From positions 56,716 to 120,715 of the forward strand of contig JAMDBD010000029.1 in NCBI GenBank assembly GCA_023484105.1: DNA of 64,000 nucleotides, written 5' to 3'. A program made the translations under genes and the position numbers. Of this stretch, positions 1 to 10,671 are shown piece by piece. How positions within the stretch are numbered: position 1 is the stretch's first letter; the number at the start of each line of letters is the position of its first letter. Origin of the DNA: Thermoplasmatota archaeon. GTDB lineage: Archaea > Thermoplasmatota > Thermoplasmata > Thermoplasmatales > Thermoplasmataceae. The notes beneath the pieces were generated by a model. It worked only from the letters and a program-made list of their open reading frames with translations. It had not been told where the DNA came from and searched no databases.

Positions 1-604
1 ATCCACGATAAAACAGAGACTTGTCTATGCTGTCAGTCGCAACCTGCTCAAAAAGGACCGGAGCTATATCGTCCGCTTCACCCTGGAATATGTAATCGAA
101 ATTGTATTTATCTATCTCATCCCTAAGTATGGTAAATTCCCATACGCCAGGACCGCCAACTATGAGTTTTGCCTTCTTTCCTTTTCTGGCCCTGTTCACC
201 TTTTCCATGAGAGCATCCCAGTCCTTTCTCACCCATGCCATCATCTTACCACCCATCAGGGCGTAATATGACATGGTTGTTGGCCCAACCCCTAAGGGAT
301 CCATGGTGGAAATCCCAATAACCTCTGTCTTTTCATCGATGAAGTTTGAAAGATAATCATCATGGGCAACGGCCACATCCTTCCGGTCAAATCTTGTAAG
401 AAGCGCCGCTTCCAGCTTCCTTATAGAATATGGAGCATATAGCAGTTCTCCGTTTGGTTTCACAGGAGGTGCCGGCCCCTTGAGAAATTTATATATTGAT
501 GCCGGAACCGCACGACTTGGGGCGCTGGGTAAAAAATCCAGCAATGGGAAATTTCTGTATTCATAACTCAAAGTTGTATCAGATACCAAAACAAACCTAG
601 TCAT
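1..604 (-). CDS. B12-binding-domain / radical SAM family protein, N-terminal part (gene continues beyond window start)
   Basis: Absent from the ORF track because it is truncated. The reverse complement from ATG (604-602) reads MTRFVLVSDTTLSYEYRNFPLLDF...LYAPYSIRKLEAALL...EVIGISTMDPLG...KLIVGGPGVWEF with no stop down to position 1. The pattern resembles the N-domain of archaeal B12-binding/radical SAM proteins. The CxxxCxxC cluster motif would lie outside the window. Confidence 0.45.
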   Translation of the reverse strand, partial: MTRFVLVSDTTLSYEYRNFPLLDFLPSAPSRAVPASIYKFLKGPAPPVKPNGELLYAPYSIRKLEAALLTRFDRKDVAVAHDDYLSNFIDEKTEVIGISTMDPLGVGPTTMSYYALMGGKMMAWVRKDWDALMEKVNRARKGKKAKLIVGGPGVWEFTILRDEIDKYNFDYIFQGEADDIAPVLFEQVATDSIDKSLFYRG

Positions 605-700
605 AACGATTCTCTCCAGAAATGAGTATTTTGTCTAGTTTTATAAATATTATGTATTCTCTATTTACCAGTAATTAAAAGGTATAAAGACTGTAATAAT

Positions 701-726
701 GGAAGTGTTTGTGCCTGTGGCCCGCC
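701..726. repeat. 3'-flank arm of the 16S processing helix
   Basis: ggaagt...gtgc.ctgtggcccgcc is complementary to 2231-2260 (12 bp with one G-U, then 4 bp, then 6 bp). Confidence 0.7.
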
Positions 727-735
727 TTATTTTTT

Positions 736-2205
<1,470 letters not shown>

Positions 2206-2230
2206 AATTCTCTGCCTTTAATTAGAAATC

Positions 2231-2260
2231 GGCGAGCCACAGTTTGCACCATTTACTTCC
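2231..2260. repeat. 5'-flank arm of the 16S processing helix
   Basis: ggcgagccacag-ttt-gcac-cattt-acttcc pairs with 701-726. There is a 3-nt bulge next to a 4-bp helix. Confidence 0.7.
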
Positions 2261-2975
2261 AGTCAGTTATGAGTCACAGTCTAACCTCATAACCCCATTT
2301 CTTCCAGTACCGGAAATCCAGGTTCACTCAGATCGAATGATCAGTCCCCTTTCTGCCGTAGTACTGATATCTCTATACACATCGAGAGATGCGTAAGTTC
2401 CTCAATAATAGCGCTCTATTTAACGGTTTCGAGCCATGTTCCGTGTTGAATGAATACCCGAGCTTGCTAAGGCTCCGGCAGATTTATCTCAATATTTGCT
2501 GGAATAACACTCAGTCGTGAGATGCTCGCTCAGTTTCTATTGGTTGTTACGAACCTAGATTTCCTGTTCACTTGTGATTGCCAACAAACAATTTGAATAT
2601 CTGATATTTATTCATTAATCTCTGCCGGCAGGAAACGAATTCTTTAGGAAGCATTAAGGGTTAACCGGCCAGAACTGGGATATATCCCTGGTCTTTAGAT
2701 CAAAATTCATTGAAAAAACACTTTTTAGGGCCCTCAAAGGTATGATGGCTTTTCGCCACTTGACCCCAGGCGTTTGATCAGATCAGTGGATATGGAAATG
2801 ACAGAAAGAACCTTTTCTTTTGGATCACATTGATGATCTGTTAGGTGCTTCAGATTTACCAGAAACATATGTGGCGATCTCTTTTACAACCATGCACTGA
2901 AAACATGTCGGAAAGAATATTGCCATTCACGATCAGGAAAAGTGTTATATTGGTAATCTATGTTGGATAGATAAG

Positions 2976-3194
2976 ATGGCAATAGAAGATTCCCTGGTTG
3001 AAGTCCAGAAGAAAATTGAAAGGCGTTTCTCCAACATAGGAAAGGGGAAATATGCCAGAATAATCAAGATGGCCAGAAAGCCCACAAGTCAGGAGTATGT
3101 GAAGATACTGTTCATTACGGGTCTCGGTATTATTTTTCTGGGCGCTCTGGGTTTTGTGATTTATCTTATCACTCTATATACTGGATTACAGTAA
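2976..3194 (+). CDS. secE: Protein translocase subunit SecE / Sec61-gamma
   Basis: 72 aa with a basic N-part (KGKYARIIKMARKPTSQEY) followed by a single C-terminal TM helix. It lies immediately upstream of spt5, the conserved archaeal arrangement. Confidence 0.85.
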   Translation: MAIEDSLVEVQKKIERRFSNIGKGKYARIIKMARKPTSQEYVKILFITGLGIIFLGALGFVIYLITLYTGLQ

Positions 3195-3197
3195 AAG

Positions 3198-4085
3198 GTG
3201 CTAGTCTATATGGAAGGCAGTGAAAGCGAATGGATTGAGGTTAATCAGAACAGTTTCATATCCGGATGCGGCAGAAAGGTTGCAATACCAATGACCGTAA
3301 AAAATACGCACACCAAACCCAGAAACTTCAGAATTCTTGTGTCAGAGACCTTTGAACAGAAGGAAGAGCTCATAGAATGGAATATTTCAGTTGAAACCCC
3401 TAAAACATATGAGATATCCACATCGCCCGTTGATCCAAAGAATCTTTCAGTTGAATTCAGTGTTCCTGGTGACAGCAGTCTTACGGTTCGTATGATCGTG
3501 ACAACACCCAGAGGCGGATTCAATGGAGACCGCATCAATATAAAATATAGCGTACAATCTGAAGATGATCTGAATTCAACCGGAGGAGTTGTAACAGTAG
3601 AGCTGAAGCCCGTTTTTATAGCGGCCAAAACCACCGTGGGCGGTGAGCTGCAGGTTTCGATAGATCTTTACAATAAGAGCATAAAGGATTTTGAGGAAAG
3701 ACAGCATTCTGGTGTGACCAACCCGCAGAAAGAGGTTATAAGTATAATTTCCCCCAAGGAGGTTAGAGGGTACATCTTCGTGGAGACCATGCATCCTGAC
3801 AGGGTTGAGACCATTGCAAAGGGAATAAAGGGCTTTAAAGGCATTGTGGAAGGGGATATAAGGTTCGAAGAGATATCACATTATCTTACTCCAAAGCCCG
3901 CGGTTACAGGACTTGAACTGGGATCATTCGTTGAACTGATAGATGGTCCGTTCAAGGGGGAAAAGGCAAAGATCATGTCCATAGACAAGGGAAAGGAAGA
4001 GGTCACAGTTCAATTGATAGAAGCCATGATACCCATTCCGGTCACCGTTAGGGCGGAGGCATTGAGAGTTCTTGACAAGCGCTGA
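3198..4085 (+). CDS. spt5: Transcription elongation factor Spt5 (NusG) with an unusual N-terminal extension of about 140 aa
   Basis: The C-terminal 150 aa contain an NGN domain (VFIAAKTTVGGELQV...GYIFVETMHPDRV) and a KOW motif (GSFVELIDGPFKGEKAKIMSID). GTG start 4 nt after the secE stop. The nearest in-frame start upstream of the NGN domain still leaves about 40 extra residues. Confidence 0.85.
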   Translation: MLVYMEGSESEWIEVNQNSFISGCGRKVAIPMTVKNTHTKPRNFRILVSETFEQKEELIEWNISVETPKTYEISTSPVDPKNLSVEFSVPGDSSLTVRMIVTTPRGGFNGDRINIKYSVQSEDDLNSTGGVVTVELKPVFIAAKTTVGGELQVSIDLYNKSIKDFEERQHSGVTNPQKEVISIISPKEVRGYIFVETMHPDRVETIAKGIKGFKGIVEGDIRFEEISHYLTPKPAVTGLELGSFVELIDGPFKGEKAKIMSIDKGKEEVTVQLIEAMIPIPVTVRAEALRVLDKR

Positions 4086-4091
4086 AGATTA

Positions 4092-5489
4092 ATGAAACTG
4101 AAGTCAAAGTCAAAGAAGGATCAAGAAGAGTTGATCAAACGTATCGAGGATTCCCTTAGTGCCCCGTCAAAACTCGTTCCAGATTGCATTGACGGGGGGT
4201 TTTTATGCCCTTTCTCTTCATATAAAAAGAAACTGGCAGGAATTGCCGATCTTAAGGATTTTAAAAAATTCTCAAGATCATCGGATAATTTCCTGAGTGG
4301 TCTGGCAGAATCAGAGGAAGTTGTGGAATCAAAATCTGTTCCAATGACAGGGATCATTTCCACAGCTTATGGAAGCATAGAATACGCTAAGAGAGGAGAT
4401 ACAGATCCAAACGTACTTGCTGGGATACAGAATTCAGCCAGCCCTCTCTGGCGTATGCTCTCTTTCTATTCTCTGGTTTACAACAAAGGGGTCAGGATCT
4501 ACTCCTCCACAAACTATTATCTGGCATCCTGCAAAGGTACCTCCCCTGGGATAGACTTTTTCAGGGATTGCCTCAATGATGAAAAGATTGGTTTTACCGA
4601 GAAAGAAAGTACTCTTGTCGTTGGAAGCGGTGATGCCTATTTTGATCTTTACCATATAGGGCTTCTGGTTCTTAGAATCTACGACAGTTCAACAGACAAT
4701 ACAATAAACAGGCTTTTGAGGCATATTCTCGTCAAAGATGCTTTCGCAGACTTCAGGATAGTTTTTTCATTCTCTGACAGCCTGAAGGTTTCAAACGAAA
4801 GGTTCATGAGCGAGTATTTCGCAGGAAAGATATCCGATAGAGAACTCATAAAGCGTGCCAGGGATCTGCATTATGAAAATGCTCTGAAACATGGTTCTTA
4901 CGTGATTGGTGACAGGGTGTTCAGTTCCGCTGAGGAATTCATCAGTGCGTTCGGCAATCAGAACCTGGACCTTATGAAATTGCAGGATGTAATAATAAAG
5001 AAAGGATCAATTAGGCTCAACAATGCCAGCGTTCCGAAGCTGATGGAAATCCTATGGCCTGAATTTTCTGAAGAGATCATGAGGGCGCTGTTTCCTGGAA
5101 TCACTGACTGGAACAGAAAAGGCAGCCCAATGGCACAGATAGATGGTGTGATGCACAGGCTTCAGTCAGAATCAACAAAATCCAAAATTGTAGTTGATTC
5201 ATGGTCAAAGCCATCCGCAATCCTGGCAGAGCTCATCTCTGACTACAAAACAGAGGGACAGGAATATGCTGTAAAGATTGCAATAGATTCCGTAGGGCAG
5301 TCCGCAACTGCCGCAGCGGTTGTCTATGCTTTCCTGCAGGAGGTCGGAGGATTGAAGGGAAGAGAATGGATGTTCGACAGAGTTTCCATCGACCTTGGGG
5401 AGAAGATAAGACCCACAGTAAGATTGCTCCTTAATGCAGAAGGCGAAGATTTCCGCTTTCACTTCGAGGAGCTGAGGAAATACATATAG
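4092..5489 (+). CDS. Hypothetical protein (465 aa, soluble, no family recognised)
   Basis: Long ORF starting 7 nt after the spt5 stop, with normal codon and amino-acid composition. I see no recognisable motifs. Confidence 0.6.
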   Translation: MKLKSKSKKDQEELIKRIEDSLSAPSKLVPDCIDGGFLCPFSSYKKKLAGIADLKDFKKFSRSSDNFLSGLAESEEVVESKSVPMTGIISTAYGSIEYAKRGDTDPNVLAGIQNSASPLWRMLSFYSLVYNKGVRIYSSTNYYLASCKGTSPGIDFFRDCLNDEKIGFTEKESTLVVGSGDAYFDLYHIGLLVLRIYDSSTDNTINRLLRHILVKDAFADFRIVFSFSDSLKVSNERFMSEYFAGKISDRELIKRARDLHYENALKHGSYVIGDRVFSSAEEFISAFGNQNLDLMKLQDVIIKKGSIRLNNASVPKLMEILWPEFSEEIMRALFPGITDWNRKGSPMAQIDGVMHRLQSESTKSKIVVDSWSKPSAILAELISDYKTEGQEYAVKIAIDSVGQSATAAAVVYAFLQEVGGLKGREWMFDRVSIDLGEKIRPTVRLLLNAEGEDFRFHFEELRKYI

Positions 5490-5580
5490 TCAATCAAATG
5501 TATAACACTGCTGGATATATACAATGACGTCGGAAGGTGTCTGTTAACATGGATAATGGAAATGGTAACCTGGTGTGATC

Positions 5581-6054
5581 ATGGCAAGACATTTTCTTTC
5601 TAAGAAGGATACTGCTGCTCTTATTCTCAGATTGAAAGATTTTGGAATAAGTGCAAATCTGGAGGATGGTGTTGAGATCGAACAGAGAAAGGAAGGAAAG
5701 TTCTATCTTTACAAGGGCAAGCCTCTTGCCTTTGAAACTGTAGGTTTCTATCCATCATTGCAGGCACTCAATCTCTTTCATCCCTCCGGTAAATGGATCG
5801 TGGTTGATGATGGAGCCATCCCGCATCTCACCAATGGTGCAAACCTCTTCGGAAAGGGGATCGTTGATCTCGATAGAGATATAGCCATTGGGGACACTGT
5901 GTTTGTAAGGAATTCTGAGGGTATTTACTTTGCCATAATGAAGGCCGTAAAGACATATGGAGATCTTGCAAAAGACAGAACGGGCGAATTTGCGATAATG
6001 ATACACAGGCCTGGAGATAAGGCATATAATATCTTCATGGAGATTTCCCGCTAG
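5581..6054 (+). CDS. PUA-domain RNA-binding protein
   Basis: C-terminal PUA-like pattern IVVDDGAIPHLTNGANLFGKGIVDLDRDIAIGDTVFVRNSEG...AIM. ATG at 5581 preferred over the tracked GTG at 5575. Confidence 0.6.
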   Translation: MARHFLSKKDTAALILRLKDFGISANLEDGVEIEQRKEGKFYLYKGKPLAFETVGFYPSLQALNLFHPSGKWIVVDDGAIPHLTNGANLFGKGIVDLDRDIAIGDTVFVRNSEGIYFAIMKAVKTYGDLAKDRTGEFAIMIHRPGDKAYNIFMEISR

Positions 6055-9000
6055 ATTTCCTGTTCCTATAAATTGCCCCTATTATAGCTGCTATGATAAG
6101 CAGAAGGACTCCAAGGATGATGACCTTCTCATATATGCTGCTGCCTGTTCCTGTGATTTTCCGGAAGGTGACGTTGACTGTCAGATTTTTCCCTTTAACG
6201 GTGAAACTGCCCGTACTATTCACAGCGCTGTATCCTTTGGAATCAATGCTGTATGAGTAGGTCCCATTCGGAAGCGATATGTTCAGCACTCTTGAGCTTG
6301 TTGTGAAATTATAATTTCCTATGCTGACCGTCCATGAAGTGTTTGCCGGCAATCCAGATTCAATGAAGCTCACGTTGAATGAAGCTAACTTCTCGTAGCT
6401 GAATATCCCCTCGTAGGTGCTGTTGCTCCCTGCATAAAACTCGTAGCTGCCATTTGCTTCCATGACATATGAAAGATTTGAGGATCTTTCAGCTGTCTGA
6501 TCCGGATATGGCCCCATTGCCACCGAGACAGCTTTCTCCCATACCGATGTTCCATAGGGAAGCAAGCTGACCGATACTGTTCCGCGAGTCGGTGCCGAAA
6601 AGTCTCCGGTGCTCCCGCCTGGGCCCCCAGCAATCGTGAACTGCGGTGAGAGGCCACCAGTATATCCATTCACCGCGGATGGTCCGTTTTCAACTGTACC
6701 GTTATGAAAAACGTAGGAGTAATTTGATGCGCCAATGATGTAACTTCCTCCAGGAACTGATATATTCAGGGAATGCCCATTCACGGAGAAATCCACATAT
6801 GACTGCATTACACTGTTACCTCTTTCCAGAACGGATGTCATTACAAAATCGTGTGGCATCCTTATCACCTTTCCTGCTGGAAAGCTGTACTTATAGACAA
6901 GATCCTGACGGTACAGACCAAAGAACGGATATACCACCCAGCCCGTATAGTTAACAGCGAATCCAGTTGAGTTGCTTCCATTCACATAAACAACATTCTG
7001 TACCCAGTAGATCGGGGACCCCAGTGAATCTGCAACGACAATGTTCTGCTGTATGGATGCGTTATAGTATGTATATATGTTTCCATTCAGATAGGAGGTC
7101 ACCCTGAGACCCTGCATAGACACATTGTCCCTGACGCCAGAAACTGGAGAGATACTTTCATTGGGATATGAATTCAGCAGATAAACAGTCAGATTGTAGG
7201 CATTGATGGAACCCCAGCCATCTAAAAGCGAATAACCGTATCTTGCAGTGTAAACGTGATTTCTACCGTAAATAACCGGATAGAAAGGAGGATATGGGAT
7301 CCCGAAGTGATAATGTGATGTTACAATGTAGCCGGTGGTGGAGGTGTTCGTAAGGTTTCCATACTGGTAATCCCCTAGCTGGTAGAGAACCGGATCTATG
7401 AAACCGAGCATTGGCTGACCGTTAACCTTCATCACATGATCGATCGTAGCGATAATCCCTGCCTCCACAGGGGAGGCTATACTGGTTCCGTATACATAGT
7501 AAAACTTTCCCCCGCTGCTCGCGTTTGTGGCATAATATGTGTATCCGTCTGTAGTATAAGTCACAAGGGTGTTATTTGCAATTGCGGAGATGTCAGGGAC
7601 TCCCCTCCCATTCCCGGAAATAAGCTGATTAGCCATCGAATTTGTCTGCCATGAAGGCTCAGAAAATGTGTGGCTTATACCCGAAGTTGTACCAAGCGGA
7701 GCTCCTTTTATTCCGCTGGATGTCGGTATGTACCAGTTTGTCTGATTTACGATCACAAGATTTGAGTTCAGAGTCAGATTGGTTCCGCCCACGGCAATAT
7801 CGCCAAAGCTGTCGTATGCCATGGCAGAAGGAAACCAAAGATTGGATCCAAAGTACTTGCTGCTATTGCTGTTATCCCCTGAATCTCCGCTGGCGGCAAG
7901 GACTGTTATTCCTCTGAGCTGCGCCTCCTCCAGATAAGAATACCATGCGCTGTCATTGAAGTCTTTCGAACCCCACGAATTAGATATCACGGAAACGTTT
8001 CTGAGCCCAGGTACTGAGGAGTTTGGATTCAGTATGAATGCAAAAGCGGCATCGAGGTTTGAAATTGAAGGAGTGCTGCCATAAACATTGTATATTGTGG
8101 ACCCGGGAGCAAGGCTTCCTATCATGTCAACATCCAGTGTGTTCTCCATGGTAGCTCCGGTAGAATCATATGAGGAGAGCGGTCCAGGATAGGGTGCACC
8201 ATTTAACGGTACCGGAATAACATTACTGTGAGGCTCATTTGACGGTAAAGTTTCATTCCAGTAGGAATATATGTCGTTTGGAACATATGGGCCAACCAGT
8301 GTGTTGTTGCTAATATTCCCATATGGCGTCGAGGTCTGGTTACCTATATATTTTCCACTCCAGAGAATTGTTGCTTCTACCTGGCCAACCGGGTATCCGT
8401 ATTCCCGGAAGAGTGATCTCTCCCCGTAAGCCACCTGAAGATCTGAACCATAGATGAATTGTATGCCACTGTAAGTCACCGGTTCCGGATAACCCTGATA
8501 ACTGCCTGACTGCGGATATAAAGTGTTCCGCAGCCCTGTGCCCAGAGACATGCCTAAGAGATGCTGCGAGAAATTTGACAGACCGTAAATCTGAGATACG
8601 TATCCCACAGATAAGGAAGGGATTTCAGGCGTGTTTGATGGAGCATAAAATGAAAAACCTCCAGCACTGCGGGAGACAAAGCTGACGTTAAATGCCATTG
8701 CCATCGTTTGCATTGGTGCGATCAGGTAGATGCCCAACCTGTCTCCATAGGTCTTCACCTGCATTCCAGGAAATCTGCTGTAATGATTAACAAGCTTATC
8801 ATAGACTGAAACAGGCGGTGAAAAGAAACGTACAAACTGATCGTAAGAGAGATAGTGATGGTAAAGCGGTGATTCCGGTGATCCTATTTCTATAAGCATT
8901 GCCTGCATGAGAGAGCTGTTTGAGGGGTGCAGCGATATGAAGACATTCATAACAGGATTGAATGACCTGGAAAGATTACCAGTACCGCCTTCTGTAATGC

Positions 9001-9169
9001 TATGCCCGTTCCACGATGGATCATACCCTGTAAAAGGCACCAATCTGTATTGAAGTGACGAAGCTGGACTTGCCTGTATATCATGTACTGTTGAACTCAT
9101 TGCCGGAAGTGGTGCCAGAATGAGAGAAGCGACTACCAGTACAGAAATGTATATCGTCGTTTTATTCAT
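6035..9169 (-). CDS. Secreted, membrane-anchored serine-carboxyl peptidase (sedolisin, S53) with a large C-terminal beta-rich region
   Basis: Signal peptide MNKTTIYISVLVVASLILAPLPAMS. Pro-kumamolisin-type propeptide (LYHHYLSYDQFVRFFSPP...AMAFNVSF). Catalytic motifs ENTLDVDMIGSLAPG, SNSWG, AASGDSGD and GGTSIASPVEAG. C-terminal TM anchor VIILGVLLLIIAAIIGAIY followed by basic residues. Confidence 0.85.
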   Translation of the reverse strand: MNKTTIYISVLVVASLILAPLPAMSSTVHDIQASPASSLQYRLVPFTGYDPSWNGHSITEGGTGNLSRSFNPVMNVFISLHPSNSSLMQAMLIEIGSPESPLYHHYLSYDQFVRFFSPPVSVYDKLVNHYSRFPGMQVKTYGDRLGIYLIAPMQTMAMAFNVSFVSRSAGGFSFYAPSNTPEIPSLSVGYVSQIYGLSNFSQHLLGMSLGTGLRNTLYPQSGSYQGYPEPVTYSGIQFIYGSDLQVAYGERSLFREYGYPVGQVEATILWSGKYIGNQTSTPYGNISNNTLVGPYVPNDIYSYWNETLPSNEPHSNVIPVPLNGAPYPGPLSSYDSTGATMENTLDVDMIGSLAPGSTIYNVYGSTPSISNLDAAFAFILNPNSSVPGLRNVSVISNSWGSKDFNDSAWYSYLEEAQLRGITVLAASGDSGDNSNSSKYFGSNLWFPSAMAYDSFGDIAVGGTNLTLNSNLVIVNQTNWYIPTSSGIKGAPLGTTSGISHTFSEPSWQTNSMANQLISGNGRGVPDISAIANNTLVTYTTDGYTYYATNASSGGKFYYVYGTSIASPVEAGIIATIDHVMKVNGQPMLGFIDPVLYQLGDYQYGNLTNTSTTGYIVTSHYHFGIPYPPFYPVIYGRNHVYTARYGYSLLDGWGSINAYNLTVYLLNSYPNESISPVSGVRDNVSMQGLRVTSYLNGNIYTYYNASIQQNIVVADSLGSPIYWVQNVVYVNGSNSTGFAVNYTGWVVYPFFGLYRQDLVYKYSFPAGKVIRMPHDFVMTSVLERGNSVMQSYVDFSVNGHSLNISVPGGSYIIGASNYSYVFHNGTVENGPSAVNGYTGGLSPQFTIAGGPGGSTGDFSAPTRGTVSVSLLPYGTSVWEKAVSVAMGPYPDQTAERSSNLSYVMEANGSYEFYAGSNSTYEGIFSYEKLASFNVSFIESGLPANTSWTVSIGNYNFTTSSRVLNISLPNGTYSYSIDSKGYSAVNSTGSFTVKGKNLTVNVTFRKITGTGSSIYEKVIILGVLLLIIAAIIGAIYRNRKSSGKSP

Positions 9170-9239
9170 TTTACTATCCTCATGATATAGTAATTTTCAT
9201 ATATAGAATATCAGATAAAGTTTCGGCAGGTTCTCATTA

Positions 9240-10220
9240 TCAAATCCTGCCCTTTTCAGCTAATGGCACCTGTTCAGCCTGCATATATGTGTACTTATTG
9301 TTCAGAAGTGCCTTTTTCATACTATTCCGGTATCCAAGGAATCCGAAAACCATCACGCTTACCAGCACTAGAAAAAACCCTATGCCGAGTGAATGCAGGT
9401 TATGAACCATCAAAGGGGTGACGAATGAAATATCGAGTAGACCTGGAAAGCCGAGTACCAGTATTCCCACAATAACAAACGTAAAACCGCCATATTTAAG
9501 CACGTATCTTGAGATTCCTCCCGCAACATACTTAATCCCGTCCTGATTTATCTTTCTGTTCTTCTTCATCCAGGTGGCGAAACCCGCGCCAAGTATTATC
9601 TGCATGGTCATGGTCCCCAGACCAAAAAGCAGCCCTGGCATGAAACCCAGGTATAGCGATGGCATCGATGGCGCCATCACTGTGTATATTATGAGAGCAA
9701 AAGCTCCAAAACCGAATCCTGCTATAAAACCGTGCAGGAATGCAAGTTTTATTGGGATAGGCTTGTAGTCAGATCCTAACATAGGATCTGAAGTATGTCT
9801 CATCTCTGCATCTTCTTTCTCTGGATGCTGCCTGTGGATTCCGGTAATTCTGTAAAGTGCTCTTTCTATAACGTGAAAATGTATATACCTGTTTCTGGAT
9901 GATAGATAAATTCCTGCGGCAGCCATTGCAATTCCAACTATAACGTAGGTTATTCCTATTGCCACAGCTGTCATGAAAATTCCTGCAAGTGCAAAAAAGG
10001 AAATCTCGGAAAGAATTGCCCTCTGGATTGTAAAACCGGCGGAAAATATCATTCCAACCTTCATTCCCTTCCTGGTGCTGTACGTTCCCACAGCGTAAGA
10101 AAAAGTAATTGGCCATGTATGCTCGTCAGGGGTTATGCCATGCACTATTCCAAGAAGATACGATATGAGGAATGCAAGGTACAGACCGGAATAAGAGGGA
10201 TTCCAGAGATCTATTGTCAT
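9240..10220 (-). CDS. Polytopic membrane protein, putative divalent-metal transporter
   Basis: About 8 predicted TM helices and the motif HGITPDEHTWPIT. Its start lies 2 nt after the stop of the DtxR-type regulator, so the two are probably co-transcribed. The substrate is unknown. Confidence 0.4.
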   Translation of the reverse strand: MTIDLWNPSYSGLYLAFLISYLLGIVHGITPDEHTWPITFSYAVGTYSTRKGMKVGMIFSAGFTIQRAILSEISFFALAGIFMTAVAIGITYVIVGIAMAAAGIYLSSRNRYIHFHVIERALYRITGIHRQHPEKEDAEMRHTSDPMLGSDYKPIPIKLAFLHGFIAGFGFGAFALIIYTVMAPSMPSLYLGFMPGLLFGLGTMTMQIILGAGFATWMKKNRKINQDGIKYVAGGISRYVLKYGGFTFVIVGILVLGFPGLLDISFVTPLMVHNLHSLGIGFFLVLVSVMVFGFLGYRNSMKKALLNNKYTYMQAEQVPLAEKGRI

Positions 10221-10221
10221 A

Positions 10222-10632
10222 TTACCCTTCGCTTATCATTCTACCATGAGGGCATTTCAATGGTCTGCCAAGATGCTCGAATATAGTGTCCGTTATCTGC
10301 CTGTCCATAACGTAATCCACATTTTCTGCAGTTCTGCATGCATCATCCACCGGAACACCGTTGTTTACAAGCATCAGTTCAATCACTCTGTGGTTCTTCA
10401 CCAGGGCCGCATATTCCTTCCGGCCCATTTCAGTAAGATTTATCATTCCCTTTTCCCTCTTCACGAAACCCTCGCTCTCCAGCCTTTTCAGGTTCTGCAG
10501 AAGGGTCGGTGGCTTTATTCCCATGAGATGGGCCACTTCTGAGAGACGATGGGGGAAGCCATCACTTCTGACATGCCCTATGATCATCAGACAGTTTCTG
10601 TCCTGCTTTGTAAGTGAAGCTGTATCTGCCAT
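10222..10632 (-). CDS. DtxR/MntR/IdeR-family metal-dependent transcriptional repressor
   Basis: N-terminal wHTH (RLSEVAHLMGIKPPTLLQNLKRLESEGFV) followed by a dimerisation/metal-binding helix region (HRVIELMLVN...DACRTAENVDYVM...CPHG). Confidence 0.8.
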   Translation of the reverse strand: MADTASLTKQDRNCLMIIGHVRSDGFPHRLSEVAHLMGIKPPTLLQNLKRLESEGFVKREKGMINLTEMGRKEYAALVKNHRVIELMLVNNGVPVDDACRTAENVDYVMDRQITDTIFEHLGRPLKCPHGRMISEG

Positions 10633-10634
10633 GA

Positions 10635-10671
10635 ATTAGTATAGCACTAACATATTTAAATGATACTAATT
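10635..10671. promoter_or_regulatory. Candidate promoter/operator of the DtxR-like gene: an inverted repeat flanking a TATA-like box
   Basis: attagtat (10635-10642) and atactaat (10664-10671) are perfect reverse complements. TTAGT/ACTAA half-sites recur. A TTTAAATA-like box (minus strand, about 10652-10659) sits about 24 nt upstream of the ATG at 10632. Confidence 0.4.

Noticed and set aside
2790-2870. TGATGA (C-box-like) at about 2833 with flanking cacat/atgtg complementarity, considered as a C/D-box sRNA
   Set aside because: There is no CUGA D box adjacent to the 3' stem arm, and the spacing does not fit the C-D'-C'-D architecture.
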